Shown piece after piece: positions 41,125-49,660 of a stretch of DNA of 51,736 nucleotides. This DNA comes from Segetibacter sp. (GTDB taxonomy: Bacteria > Bacteroidota > Bacteroidia > Chitinophagales > Chitinophagaceae). The position numbers and the translations under genes are program-made. Position 1 is the stretch's first letter. Each line of letters opens with the position of its first letter. The notes beneath the pieces were generated by a model. The model made no database searches and was not told where the DNA came from. It saw only the letters and a program-made list of their open reading frames with translations. The DNA lies in NCBI GenBank assembly GCA_025963675.1, contig JAOQAJ010000045.1:1-51736 (forward strand), given 5' to 3'.

Positions 41125-42582
41125 TTACTCCACTCGTTTACCATTCTCCAGCTTTATAAACTTTGTTACGCACTCGGGAATTTCATGAGCATAATGTGAA
41201 ACGTATATGAGCGTTTTGTTGCCCGTTATACAGATCTCATTAATGATCTCTTTAAAGGTTGAAGTCTGTTCTTCATCCAATCCCTGGCATGGTTCGTCGA
41301 GGATGAGTAGGGGTGGGTTTTTTACAAGCGCACGTGCAAGCAATACCAATCGTTGTTGGCTATTAGATAATTGGTTTAAAAACTTTCGCTGCAGATTTTC
41401 TATTTTCAGTAATTGCATCCATTTTACTACAAGCGCTGATTGTTGTTCATTTATTCTTCTAAACAATCCAATTGTATCAAATAAACCGGAAGCAACTACA
41501 TCGAAGCAATTCGTTCCCTTTTCAAAATACAGGTGAAGCTCAGGTGACACGAAGCCTGTCTTCTTTTTTATATCCCAAATACTTTCGCCGGTACCACGCT
41601 TTCTGTCGAACAAATAAATGTCGTTAGCGTAGGCCTGTGGATTATCTGCATTAACGAGGCTAAGTAAAGTTGACTTACCAGAACCATTCGGACCAGATAA
41701 GGACCACCTTTCACCATTTCGAATTTCCCAATTAATGTCATCTAAGATCTTGTGGTCATACTGAATGTTTACGTGATTCATTTTTACGGCATACTCAAAA
41801 GAAGCATGTTTATTAATGGAAGTTAGCTGCCGTAATAGTTCATGATCAAAAGTAAATGTTGCGGCGGGCCTGGCATGTGGTTCATTCCATACAGATGGTG
41901 AGATTGCCTCGGTTGTATAAGTTCCGTCTGCAGAAAGCGATAAAACATGGGTAATAAAAAAAGGCAAGTGAGCGGCAGACGTAACCATAATAATATGAAT
42001 GCCTTTTTTACCAACTTCGTCTAAAACCTGTTCAAGTCTTTGACGACTATTTACATCAAGGCCAATAAATGGGTTATCCAATAGAAGAAAAGCTGGCTGT
42101 AACAAAAGAGCTTTTACAATTTGCAGCCGTTTGTTTTCCCCGTTTGATAATTGAATTAGCCTTTCCGAATACAATTTTCTAATATCGAATAATTCCACCA
42201 GTTCTGTCAGCTGGTCTTTTGCTGCCGGGTTTTTTGAAGTCGCAATTTGTAAATCCTCTTCAACAGTGATAGCATCTTCAGAATCCTGCGAATTGAAGCG
42301 TTGCTGGTAATAGAAATTAGTTGTATTTGAAAGATTTTTGAAATGATGTTGCTGTTCTACTAAAACAACTTTTTTTCTTACAGCAGGATTATTGTCATGA
42401 AACGTGACATGACCAGAATGATGCTGTCTTCCTGCGATCGCTTTCAGTAAAGTTGTTTTACCAGATCCGGCCGGCCCTACAACCGCCCATTGTTCCCCGG
42501 TTTGAATACTAAATGAGATCGCGTTTAATATCGTTTGCCCTGCCTGTTGTACAGTTAATCGCTCCGCTTTTAGAACCTCCAT
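41125..42582 (-). CDS. ModF-like ABC ATPase with two nucleotide-binding domains
   Basis: GPAGSGKT / LSNGE / LLLDNP and GPNGSGKS / LSNSQ / LILDEPCQGLD. Confidence 0.88.
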   Translation of the reverse strand: MEVLKAERLTVQQAGQTILNAISFSIQTGEQWAVVGPAGSGKTTLLKAIAGRQHHSGHVTFHDNNPAVRKKVVLVEQQHHFKNLSNTTNFYYQQRFNSQDSEDAITVEEDLQIATSKNPAAKDQLTELVELFDIRKLYSERLIQLSNGENKRLQIVKALLLQPAFLLLDNPFIGLDVNSRQRLEQVLDEVGKKGIHIIMVTSAAHLPFFITHVLSLSADGTYTTEAISPSVWNEPHARPAATFTFDHELLRQLTSINKHASFEYAVKMNHVNIQYDHKILDDINWEIRNGERWSLSGPNGSGKSTLLSLVNADNPQAYANDIYLFDRKRGTGESIWDIKKKTGFVSPELHLYFEKGTNCFDVVASGLFDTIGLFRRINEQQSALVVKWMQLLKIENLQRKFLNQLSNSQQRLVLLARALVKNPPLLILDEPCQGLDEEQTSTFKEIINEICITGNKTLIYVSHYAHEIPECVTKFIKLENGKRVE

Positions 42583-42609
42583 AGACTGGCTTTTTCAAGA
42601 TGAAAATCG

Positions 42610-42617
42610 CAAAACTA
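42610..42617 (-). promoter_or_regulatory. -7 promoter box upstream of the modF-like gene
   Basis: Reverse complement TAGTTTTG matches TAnnTTTG, ~28 nt upstream of the ATG. Confidence 0.5.
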
Positions 42618-42671
42618 TTAAATGTATTACGTGTTGCAGAAATTTTGAACAAGATGAATTTGAAAACAACA

Positions 42672-42695
42672 GTACAAGTGAGTGACACAACAATG
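42672..42695 (+). repeat. Family A element core (AGTGACACA subtype)
   Basis: gtacaagtgagtgacacaacaatg; tail gcttgttccgcaaaaa. Confidence 0.88.
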
Positions 42696-42762
42696 TTGAA
42701 AGAGGTTATGTAGCTTGTTCCGCAAAAATAAAAGACTTCGATTACAGAAAGAAGATGTTTTT

Positions 42763-43251
42763 TTAATGTATCGATGCTGTCTTTACTTCCCTGGCAATTT
42801 GCTCTTTAAGCATTTTGACAACAACCTTATCAATCGGTAATGAAACGCAATCTTCATTTACATCATTCCATTTAATCCATCTGAAAACTTCGGCTTCGCC
42901 TCGTGGGTCTGCCACTTGCTCTGGTTGAAAATCGAAAAGGGTTGTTTTAGTGACAAGATCTATCGGTTCGGTAGCATGAACAAAATAATAGATACTGATG
43001 ATTTGATCCACATTATTAAAGGCGGAGATTTGAAAAAAATCAGTTGTATAAATGTGGTTGCCAATGGTTACATCGAGATTAGTCTCTTCCTTAAATTCTC
43101 TCTTAAGGCAGTCACGCGTTCCTTCTCCAAACTCTAAACCACCGCCGGGAAACTTTGTGAAATAGTTGCCTCTGATAAATTCATCGCTGACCAATAATCT
43201 TTTCTTGCTGTCTATCAAAATGCCATAGACCCTAACATTGAACATCGCCAT
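42763..43251 (-). CDS. NUDIX hydrolase
   Basis: Nudix box PGGGLEFGEGTRDCLKREFKEETNL. Confidence 0.92.
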   Translation of the reverse strand: MAMFNVRVYGILIDSKKRLLVSDEFIRGNYFTKFPGGGLEFGEGTRDCLKREFKEETNLDVTIGNHIYTTDFFQISAFNNVDQIISIYYFVHATEPIDLVTKTTLFDFQPEQVADPRGEAEVFRWIKWNDVNEDCVSLPIDKVVVKMLKEQIAREVKTASIH

Positions 43252-44201
43252 TATTTAGATTTTGTTTTTCGGATCCAATTGAAGTAAGCAAAGCCTGTTG
43301 CAATTAATATGATAAAAGAAATGATAACAGGAAACCAAAAAGTATATGGAGAGTTCTGTTTTGGAATTGCAACGCTCATACAATAAATGCCTATAAGAAA
43401 AGCAGGAACAGCCAACAATAAAATAAGCCCCATCAGCTTTTTTAGAATGTCGTTTTGATTGTTTGCTGCAATGCTGGCAAATGTATTAAGCGTAGAACTT
43501 AAAAGGTTGCTGTATGTATTTGCCATTTCAAGCGCCTGGGAGTTATCAATGATGAGGTCATTTAAAACCTCGAGTTCGTCTTCATTCAAACTTAAAAAGT
43601 TTGTTCTTTCGAGCTTCATCATTAGCAGCTCATTACTACGTAAGGCTGTAACAAAATAAACGAGGCTTTTTTGTATTCGAACTAATTCCAACAGTTCTTC
43701 GTTGCGGTTCGTATCGTATAATTTCTGCTCGAGCGAGTTTCTTTGGTGGTTGATCTCTTTCAGGTAATCCATGAAATTACTCACCACTTTGTCGAAAATC
43801 TTCAACACCATCAGGTTGCGTTTGTCCGGGTGTCGCTTCTGAAAAGAGTTAAGAAACTTTTTAATAGCGCCATTATCAAAAGAGTTTACAGTTACAATAT
43901 GGTTGTGTGTTAAAATAATACAGATGGGGATGGTGATATAAAAAGCATCGCTGTCGTTGAAGGAATTGTTTTCAGTTGGTGTCTTAATTACAATGAATTT
44001 CACATTGTCTTCTATCTCGTAACGTGGCCTTTCGTCAATGTCTAACGAGTCGCGTAAAAACTGTATGGGGATATCGAGCTCTTCTCCCAGGTCGAGAAAT
44101 TCTTCTTCTTTAAAGGGCGGCACAAGGTTGACCCAGATACCATTTTCAGGCTTGTCGACTTCGACAGTTTCGTTATTAATGTTTTTGAAATATTGTATCA
44201 T
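43251..44201 (-). CDS. CorA family divalent cation transporter
   Basis: DSLDIDERPR, KSLVYF, two C-terminal TM helices. The GMN signature reads YCMS here. Confidence 0.85.
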   Translation of the reverse strand: MIQYFKNINNETVEVDKPENGIWVNLVPPFKEEEFLDLGEELDIPIQFLRDSLDIDERPRYEIEDNVKFIVIKTPTENNSFNDSDAFYITIPICIILTHNHIVTVNSFDNGAIKKFLNSFQKRHPDKRNLMVLKIFDKVVSNFMDYLKEINHQRNSLEQKLYDTNRNEELLELVRIQKSLVYFVTALRSNELLMMKLERTNFLSLNEDELEVLNDLIIDNSQALEMANTYSNLLSSTLNTFASIAANNQNDILKKLMGLILLLAVPAFLIGIYCMSVAIPKQNSPYTFWFPVIISFIILIATGFAYFNWIRKTKSK

Positions 44202-44247
44202 ATGGTAATTGAGGTAAACATAAATCGGCCTGTTGCTCTAAAGCTTC

Positions 44248-45024
44248 TTAGAGTTTAATTTCACCTTTAAAGACATATGTCGCCGGGCCACACAGCCAGA
44301 TATCAGAGAAATGATCTTTTTCATCTTTTTGAAATTCCACAGCAAGTTCCCCCCCTAAAGTTTGTACCTCCACATGATTAAAGCCCCTGTTCCGGGCGCA
44401 TGCAAGGGCACTAGCGGTTACACCGGTTCCACAACTGTAAGTCTCATTTTCAACCCCTCTCTCATAAGTACGTACATAAATGTGACCATGTTCTATCTGA
44501 ACAAAGTTCACATTAATACCTTCCTCCTTATATTTTTTGCTGTAACGGATTCGCTTGCCTTCATCAAAAACATTGTAAAGTTTTACATCATTTACAATTT
44601 TCACATAATGCGGTGAACCTGTGTCAACAACGCAATTTCCGCTGTCTTCATCCAGCTCACTCACGTCTTTCATTTTTAATCGCACCCAACCATTGTCGGC
44701 AAAAGAAGCTTCATGAGGGCCATCAATAGCCCGAAAATGATAAGATGATTTGGCTATTCCCATATCCTTTGCAAACTTTACCAGGCATCGTCCTCCATTA
44801 CCACACATGCTGCTTTCAGTTCCATCGGCATTGTAATACTTCATTTCAAAGTCATAACCATCTAATAGATTTAATTGCATTAGTCCATCAGCTCCAATAC
44901 CAAAACGCCGGTCACATATGAATCTTATTTGCGGCGTTGTTAATTCACTGTATTGTCCATTTCGATTATCTAAGATAACAAAATCGTTTCCCGTTCCCTG
45001 GTATTTATAAAATTGTATGTTCAT
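44248..45024 (-). CDS. dapF: Diaminopimelate epimerase
   Basis: KYQGTGNDF, CDRRFGIGADG, MCGNGGRC, ERGVENETYSCGTG. Confidence 0.97.
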   Translation of the reverse strand: MNIQFYKYQGTGNDFVILDNRNGQYSELTTPQIRFICDRRFGIGADGLMQLNLLDGYDFEMKYYNADGTESSMCGNGGRCLVKFAKDMGIAKSSYHFRAIDGPHEASFADNGWVRLKMKDVSELDEDSGNCVVDTGSPHYVKIVNDVKLYNVFDEGKRIRYSKKYKEEGINVNFVQIEHGHIYVRTYERGVENETYSCGTGVTASALACARNRGFNHVEVQTLGGELAVEFQKDEKDHFSDIWLCGPATYVFKGEIKL

Positions 45025-45038
45025 TTGTTATTTTATTA

Positions 45039-45260
45039 CGGTAGTGGCAAGTTCTTATTCGTTAGTCGCAAGTTTTGATTCGTTAGTCGCGAGTTTTTGG
45101 TCGTTAATCGCAAGTTTTGATTCGTTAGTCGCAAGTTTTTAGTCGCAAGTTGTTCTTGTTCGTTGGATAGCTGTCATTCATAGAGACTACACTGGCGATT
45201 GACGATCACTATCGATAAATGATCCCTTGCGATTAACAACCACTTTTCATCAACGATCTC
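45039..45260. repeat. Family B composite array downstream of the four-helix-bundle gene
   Basis: 21-bp tandem units cgttagtcgcaagttttgatt (~5-6), then inverted 17-bp units such as cactggcgattgacgat (~4). Confidence 0.9.
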
Positions 45261-45641
45261 TTATCGACTTCCGTTAGATATTTCCCCATCAATTTTTTCC
45301 ATAAGCTTTGTAAGCATCATAAAGACTCTTTCTAAATACGACTCTAATTCGGCAATTTGCTTTTTCTGTAAATATTCAATTACAAGTGCTATTTCAATTT
45401 GAGTATCTATTTCTACCAGAGAGCTTCTTGAAATTTCAAAAAACCTTCTTTTGTCTGGTTTTGTTTTCCTTGATGATCCTTCTGCAATGTTGCTGCAAAC
45501 TGAAATAGCTGCCCGTCTTAGTTGAGAAGTCAATACATACCTTTCTTCAGCCGGAAGCTCCTTAGTTATTGTATAGACTTCTTTCACCAGCTTCATAGCA
45601 ATGGCGTAAACATCCAACTTTTTATGAGAAAGATTAAGCAT
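45261..45641 (-). CDS. Four helix bundle protein (23S rRNA IVP / Avd-like family)
   Basis: LDVY..A..L...VY..T..LP.EE.Y.LTSQLRRAAISVCSNIAEG..R...D..RF..I.RSSL.E..TQ. Confidence 0.92.
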   Translation of the reverse strand: MLNLSHKKLDVYAIAMKLVKEVYTITKELPAEERYVLTSQLRRAAISVCSNIAEGSSRKTKPDKRRFFEISRSSLVEIDTQIEIALVIEYLQKKQIAELESYLERVFMMLTKLMEKIDGEISNGSR

Positions 45642-45671
45642 TGAAAGATATTTAGAGTGTGAAAATGTGTT

Positions 45672-45927
45672 CGTTAATCACAAGTTCTTGTTCGTTAATC
45701 GCAAGTTCTTGTTCGTCAATCGCAAGTTTTATTCGTTAGTCGCCAGTTTTGATTGGTTAGTCGCATCCATCATTCACAGCACATGACACTTGCGATAAAC
45801 GATCACTTGCGACTACCGATCTATCTAATGGAATTTTTCCCCTCATCGTTCTACTCCCGATTAACGATCCTGGCGACGGTCGATTAACCGGCAATCCACT
45901 TGCGATTAACGATTACTCGCCATTACC
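45672..45927. repeat. Family B composite array upstream of the four-helix-bundle gene
   Basis: Five ~21-bp units cgttaatcgcaagttcttgtt (45672-45765), then inverted cacttgcgataaacgat-type 17-mers at 45787, 45804 and 45897. Confidence 0.9.
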
Positions 45928-46803
45928 CTACATACCCACAATTATCCCCAACGCCTTTTCAATCATATGTTCAACTGCTGCATTCCCGTCTTTACTAAAT
46001 TCTTTTTTTATTCTGTTAGCTACAATTGCACTTAAGCTTAAGCATTGATGACCGAGTAATCTTCCCAACCCATAGATCGCACTGGTTTCCATTTCGAAAT
46101 TCGTAATTCTATGTTGCCCGAATGTGAACTCTGTCAGACGGTCTATTAAGTCCGGGTTTGTTAGTCCAAGTCGCAGAACCCTGCCTTGTGGGCCGTAAAA
46201 ACCGGGGCAGGTTATAGTGATGCCATGATAAAAACCATTGACAAAATGTTTTAAAACACCTGAGCCGGCAGTGCTTATATATGGATGAGAAAAATTACTG
46301 TTCAACTGGGTATGTGCAACAAACTGTTGAATGATCTGCATCTCTTCATCGTTGTTGTCGTGCTTGTAGTAGTTCAAAAGGTTGTCGATGCCTAGTCCGT
46401 GAGTAGATACAACAATACTATCAACCGGAATGTCTTCCTGCAGGGCACCGGAAGTGCCTAAACGAATAATATTTAACCTGGTTAATTGCGGCTTAACAGT
46501 CCTCGTTTCAAAATCAATGTTTGCCAGCGCATCCAGTTCATTTACTACGATGTCAATGTTGTCGGGTCCTATGCCTGTTGATACAACTGATATTCTTTTA
46601 TTACCTATCGTACCTGTGTGTGTTACAAATTCCCTGTGTTGAGATTTATATTCAATATAATCAAAATGCTTGCTTACTTCCTTTACCCGGTCCGGGTCGC
46701 CGACAGTAATCACTGTTGCCGCCAGTTCTTCCGGCCTTACATCTAAATGATAAATAGCACCCCTGCTATTTATAATTAATTCACTCTCGGCAATTCTAAC
46801 CAT
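45928..46803 (-). CDS. Nucleoside (uridine-type) phosphorylase, PNP_UDP_1 family
   Basis: GAIYHL, TVGDPDRV, HREF, STGIGPDNIDI, RLGTSG, GFYGPQGR, NFEMET. Likely start is ATG 46803, because the longer ORF runs through a family A repeat. Confidence 0.92.
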   Translation of the reverse strand: MVRIAESELIINSRGAIYHLDVRPEELAATVITVGDPDRVKEVSKHFDYIEYKSQHREFVTHTGTIGNKRISVVSTGIGPDNIDIVVNELDALANIDFETRTVKPQLTRLNIIRLGTSGALQEDIPVDSIVVSTHGLGIDNLLNYYKHDNNDEEMQIIQQFVAHTQLNSNFSHPYISTAGSGVLKHFVNGFYHGITITCPGFYGPQGRVLRLGLTNPDLIDRLTEFTFGQHRITNFEMETSAIYGLGRLLGHQCLSLSAIVANRIKKEFSKDGNAAVEHMIEKALGIIVGM

Positions 46804-46883
46804 AGTATTTTTTGAAGTAGTAATGTAAGATATTGTTTTGCTTTTTATTTTCTTTTGATACCGGCATTTGTTCCTTACTGTTG

Positions 46884-46906
46884 CATTGTTGCGTCGCATT
46901 TCATTC
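46884..46906 (-). repeat. Family A element core (AATGAAA-TGCGACGCA subtype)
   Basis: Reverse complement gaatgaaatgcgacgcaacaatg; tail aatgccggtatcaaaa resembles that of the 3742 copy. Confidence 0.85.
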
Positions 46907-47037
46907 ATCTTAAAATCTTTGGGCAACTTTTATCATCATTTGCAAACAGCCTGCATATTGGTGAATACAACTTAGCAAAAATAAGATAGATAACGGGGAA
47001 TATAAGATTTGATACAAGATCAACGAAGAAACCGAAA

Positions 47038-47061
47038 GCACAAGAGAGTGACACAACAGTG
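47038..47061 (+). repeat. Family A element core (AGTGACACA subtype, diverged)
   Basis: gcacaagagagtgacacaacagtg; tail gttggttacataa. Confidence 0.75.
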
Positions 47062-47225
47062 TTGAGAGAAGGTCTTCAGTTGGTTACATAATAAGTACAA
47101 CACAACTCTATTTAGTTAGATCGAAAATTTATTAATTGTTTTTGCCTTTTGTTGAAAATCGCCTCTTGATAATTTAGCTGTTTGCATTTAGTTTCAATCT
47201 TCTAATTTTACGCAAAATAATTTGT

Positions 47226-47750
47226 TTGAAGACCATCTTAACTGAACAGCAAATTTCTTTAACCATTAAGCGCCTGGCTCACCAGGTGCTCGAAAATCAT
47301 CTGCACTTAATTGATACGGTCATCATTGGTTTACAGCCCCGGGGTATTTATGTAAGCGACAAAATTGTTGAGGAACTAAGAAGCATTTTGAAGGGCGAAA
47401 CGGTTAATTATGGAATTCTGGATATTACGTTTTACCGCGATGACGTAAGGCGTGAAATTAAAGTTCCAAATAAGACCGACATCAGCTTTAGTATCGAAAA
47501 CAAGAATGTTGTTTTGATTGATGATGTTTTATACACGGGTAGGACTATACGGGCTGCATTAGATGCGCTGCTTGATTTTGGCAGGCCTGCGAAAGTGGAA
47601 TTATGTGTATTAATCGACAGGAGATTTAGCCGGCAATTACCCATTCAACCTGATTATGCAGGTAAAGTAATTGATGCACTTATATCTCAAAAAGTAATTG
47701 TGAAGTGGAAGGAAAAAGATTCGGAGACCGAAGTGGTTATAACAGAATAG
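47226..47750 (+). CDS. pyrR: Bifunctional pyr operon regulator / uracil phosphoribosyltransferase
   Basis: LDITFYRDD, VLIDDVLYTGRTIRAALDAL, LIDR...QLPIQPDY; TTG start. Confidence 0.95.
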   Translation: MKTILTEQQISLTIKRLAHQVLENHLHLIDTVIIGLQPRGIYVSDKIVEELRSILKGETVNYGILDITFYRDDVRREIKVPNKTDISFSIENKNVVLIDDVLYTGRTIRAALDALLDFGRPAKVELCVLIDRRFSRQLPIQPDYAGKVIDALISQKVIVKWKEKDSETEVVITE

Positions 47751-47803
47751 CATTTATTTCCTTTTCCGATAACAGCACCTTCTCATTTTTAAACGATACC
47801 TAT

Positions 47804-47811
47804 TAACTTTG
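47804..47811 (+). promoter_or_regulatory. -7 promoter box just upstream of pyrB
   Basis: TAACTTTG, 9 nt before ATG 47821. Confidence 0.5.
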
Positions 47812-47820
47812 CCTCTTGAA

Positions 47821-48747
47821 ATGACACTTTCCACTCCGCACTTATTGGGCATTAAAGACCTTTTGCCAACAGATATCCGCTTAATTCTCGATACGGCTCA
47901 GCAATTTAAAGACGTTTTACAAAGACCGGTTAAAAAAGTTCCATCACTGAGGGATGTAACCATTGTTAACCTCTTTTTTGAGAATTCAACACGTACCCGC
48001 ATCTCATTTGAACTGGCTGAAAAACGATTAAGCGCCGATGTTTTAAATTTTACTACAAGCTCATCTTCTGTTGCAAAAGGCGAGACCATGCTCGACACGG
48101 TAAACAATATTTTGAGCATGAAGGTCGACATGGTCGTGCTGCGACACAGTGCCAGCGGAGCGCCACATTTTTTGGCCAAACACATTCCTGCTGCCATTGT
48201 AAATGCCGGTGATGGTATCAATGAACATCCGACCCAGGCTTTGCTCGATGCCTTTTCTATACAGGAAGCCACTGGCGGGTTGGAAGGAAAAAAAGTTGCA
48301 ATTATTGGCGATATCATGCATAGCCGGGTAGCTCTAAGTAATATTTACCTGCTTGGTAAAATGGGAGCCGAAGTCACAGTTGCTGGTCCGCCAACTTTAA
48401 TTCCAAAATATATAAAAGAGGCATTCGGCGTAAATGTGACGTATAATGTAAAAGAAGCTTTAGAGTGGTGTGATGTAGCGAATGTCTTACGCATTCAGCT
48501 TGAAAGACAAAATCAGCCCTTATTTTCTTCATTACGTGAATACAACCTCGCATTCGGTATCAGCAGAAAACTGCTGGATAGTATTCAAAAGAATATTGTG
48601 ATCATGCATCCCGGCCCTATTAACCGTGGTGTGGAATTGGATAGTGATGTAGCTGATGGAAATGAAAGTATCATACTGCAACAGGTAGAAAACGGTGTTG
48701 CCGTGCGTATGGCGGTTTTATACCTTTTGTCGAATAGAGAAAGCTAG
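47821..48747 (+). CDS. pyrB: Aspartate carbamoyltransferase catalytic subunit
   Basis: FFENSTRTRISFE, NAGDG..EHPTQALLD, GDIMHSRV, MHPGPINRGVE. Confidence 0.97.
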   Translation: MTLSTPHLLGIKDLLPTDIRLILDTAQQFKDVLQRPVKKVPSLRDVTIVNLFFENSTRTRISFELAEKRLSADVLNFTTSSSSVAKGETMLDTVNNILSMKVDMVVLRHSASGAPHFLAKHIPAAIVNAGDGINEHPTQALLDAFSIQEATGGLEGKKVAIIGDIMHSRVALSNIYLLGKMGAEVTVAGPPTLIPKYIKEAFGVNVTYNVKEALEWCDVANVLRIQLERQNQPLFSSLREYNLAFGISRKLLDSIQKNIVIMHPGPINRGVELDSDVADGNESIILQQVENGVAVRMAVLYLLSNRES

Positions 48748-48768
48748 CGAAAATGGCCAGTTGGACCG

Positions 48769-48846
48769 ATCGCGAGTCGCGAGTAAACGAAAATCGCGAG
48801 TTGGAGCACGAGAGTTAAACTGGCGATTAACGACTTGCGGTTAACT
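48769..48846. repeat. Family B unit upstream of coaD
   Basis: gtcgcgagtaaacgaaaatcgcgagttggagcac...aaactggcgattaacgacttgcggttaac, homologous to the units at 49391-49643. Confidence 0.85.
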
Positions 48847-48897
48847 GAACTTTTCGAAAAACGTGGTATTTCTTATTTACCATTTAACCCCCTTATT

Positions 48898-49386
48898 ATG
48901 TCCAGAATTTGTCTTTTTCCCGGAACATTTGACCCTGTCACTTTAGGTCACGTTGATATTATAAACAGGTCTTTAAATTTATTTGATAAAGTTGTCATTG
49001 GTATAGGAAAGAACTCTAACAAGACTCCTTTGTATTCGGCAGAAGAAAGATTGTACTGGGTGAAAGAAATTTACAAGGACGAACCTAAAGTCGATGCACT
49101 TGTATATGAAGGATTAACAGCCGATTGCTGCAAAAGGGTAGGAGCGAAATTTATCTTAAGAGGGATCCGTTACGTAAACGATTTTGAATACGAAAAAGCA
49201 ATCGCCGACATGAACAGAAGTCTTGATGCATCTATTGAGACGATCTTTTTAACCTGCCTTCCTCAGTATACTTCAGTTGCATCAACGTTGGTGAGAGACG
49301 TTATCAGGAACGGTGGAGATGTATCCCAGTTCCTACCTCAGGTAGTACTGAACTCGATAAAGGAAGTGGAATTAGAGCAGCGTTGA
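48898..49386 (+). CDS. coaD: Phosphopantetheine adenylyltransferase
   Basis: FPGTFDPVTLGH, LRGIR...DFEYE, ASTLVRD; ATG at 48898. Confidence 0.97.
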   Translation: MSRICLFPGTFDPVTLGHVDIINRSLNLFDKVVIGIGKNSNKTPLYSAEERLYWVKEIYKDEPKVDALVYEGLTADCCKRVGAKFILRGIRYVNDFEYEKAIADMNRSLDASIETIFLTCLPQYTSVASTLVRDVIRNGGDVSQFLPQVVLNSIKEVELEQR

Positions 49387-49390
49387 ATTG

Positions 49391-49643
49391 CAGAGTCGTA
49401 AGTCGCAAGTGAACCGTAAGTCGCAAGTGAACGGAAATCGCAAGTTGGAGCACCACGATTAAACTAGCGATTAACGACTAGCGATTAACGATCAGAGTCG
49501 TAAGTCGCTAGTGAACGGAAAATCGCAAGTTGGACCACCACGATAAACTGGCGATTAACGACTAGCGATTAACGATCAGAGTCGCAAGTGAGCGGGAAAT
49601 CGCAAGTTGGAGCACCACGATTAAACTAGCGATTAACGATCAG
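49391..49643. repeat. Family B tandem array of three modular units (102, 84 and 64 bp)
   Basis: Units start with cagagtcg at 49391, 49493 and 49577. Each contains an aatcgcaagtt...aact(a/g)gcgatt hairpin. Confidence 0.92.
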
Positions 49644-49660
49644 TTCCCAGCAGAACAGCT

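Noticed and set aside
45261-45641. Diversity-generating retroelement or 23S rRNA intervening sequence
   Set aside because: No reverse transcriptase, no TR/VR pair with adenine-specific mismatches, and no rRNA sequence in the window.
46804-46926. 41-aa N-terminal extension of the nucleoside phosphorylase (and similar extensions on coaD and pyrB)
   Set aside because: The extensions are translations of family A or B repeats or of promoter DNA. Family-typical sequence begins at ATG 46803, 48898 and 47821.
47062-47225. PyrR attenuator leader
   Set aside because: No recognisable PyrR binding-loop consensus or terminator/antiterminator pair upstream of pyrR or pyrB.
45039-49643. CRISPR or iteron interpretation of the 21-bp and 64-102-bp arrays
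   Set aside because: There are no unique spacers, units are degenerate and paired with inverted arms, and there is no rep or cas gene.
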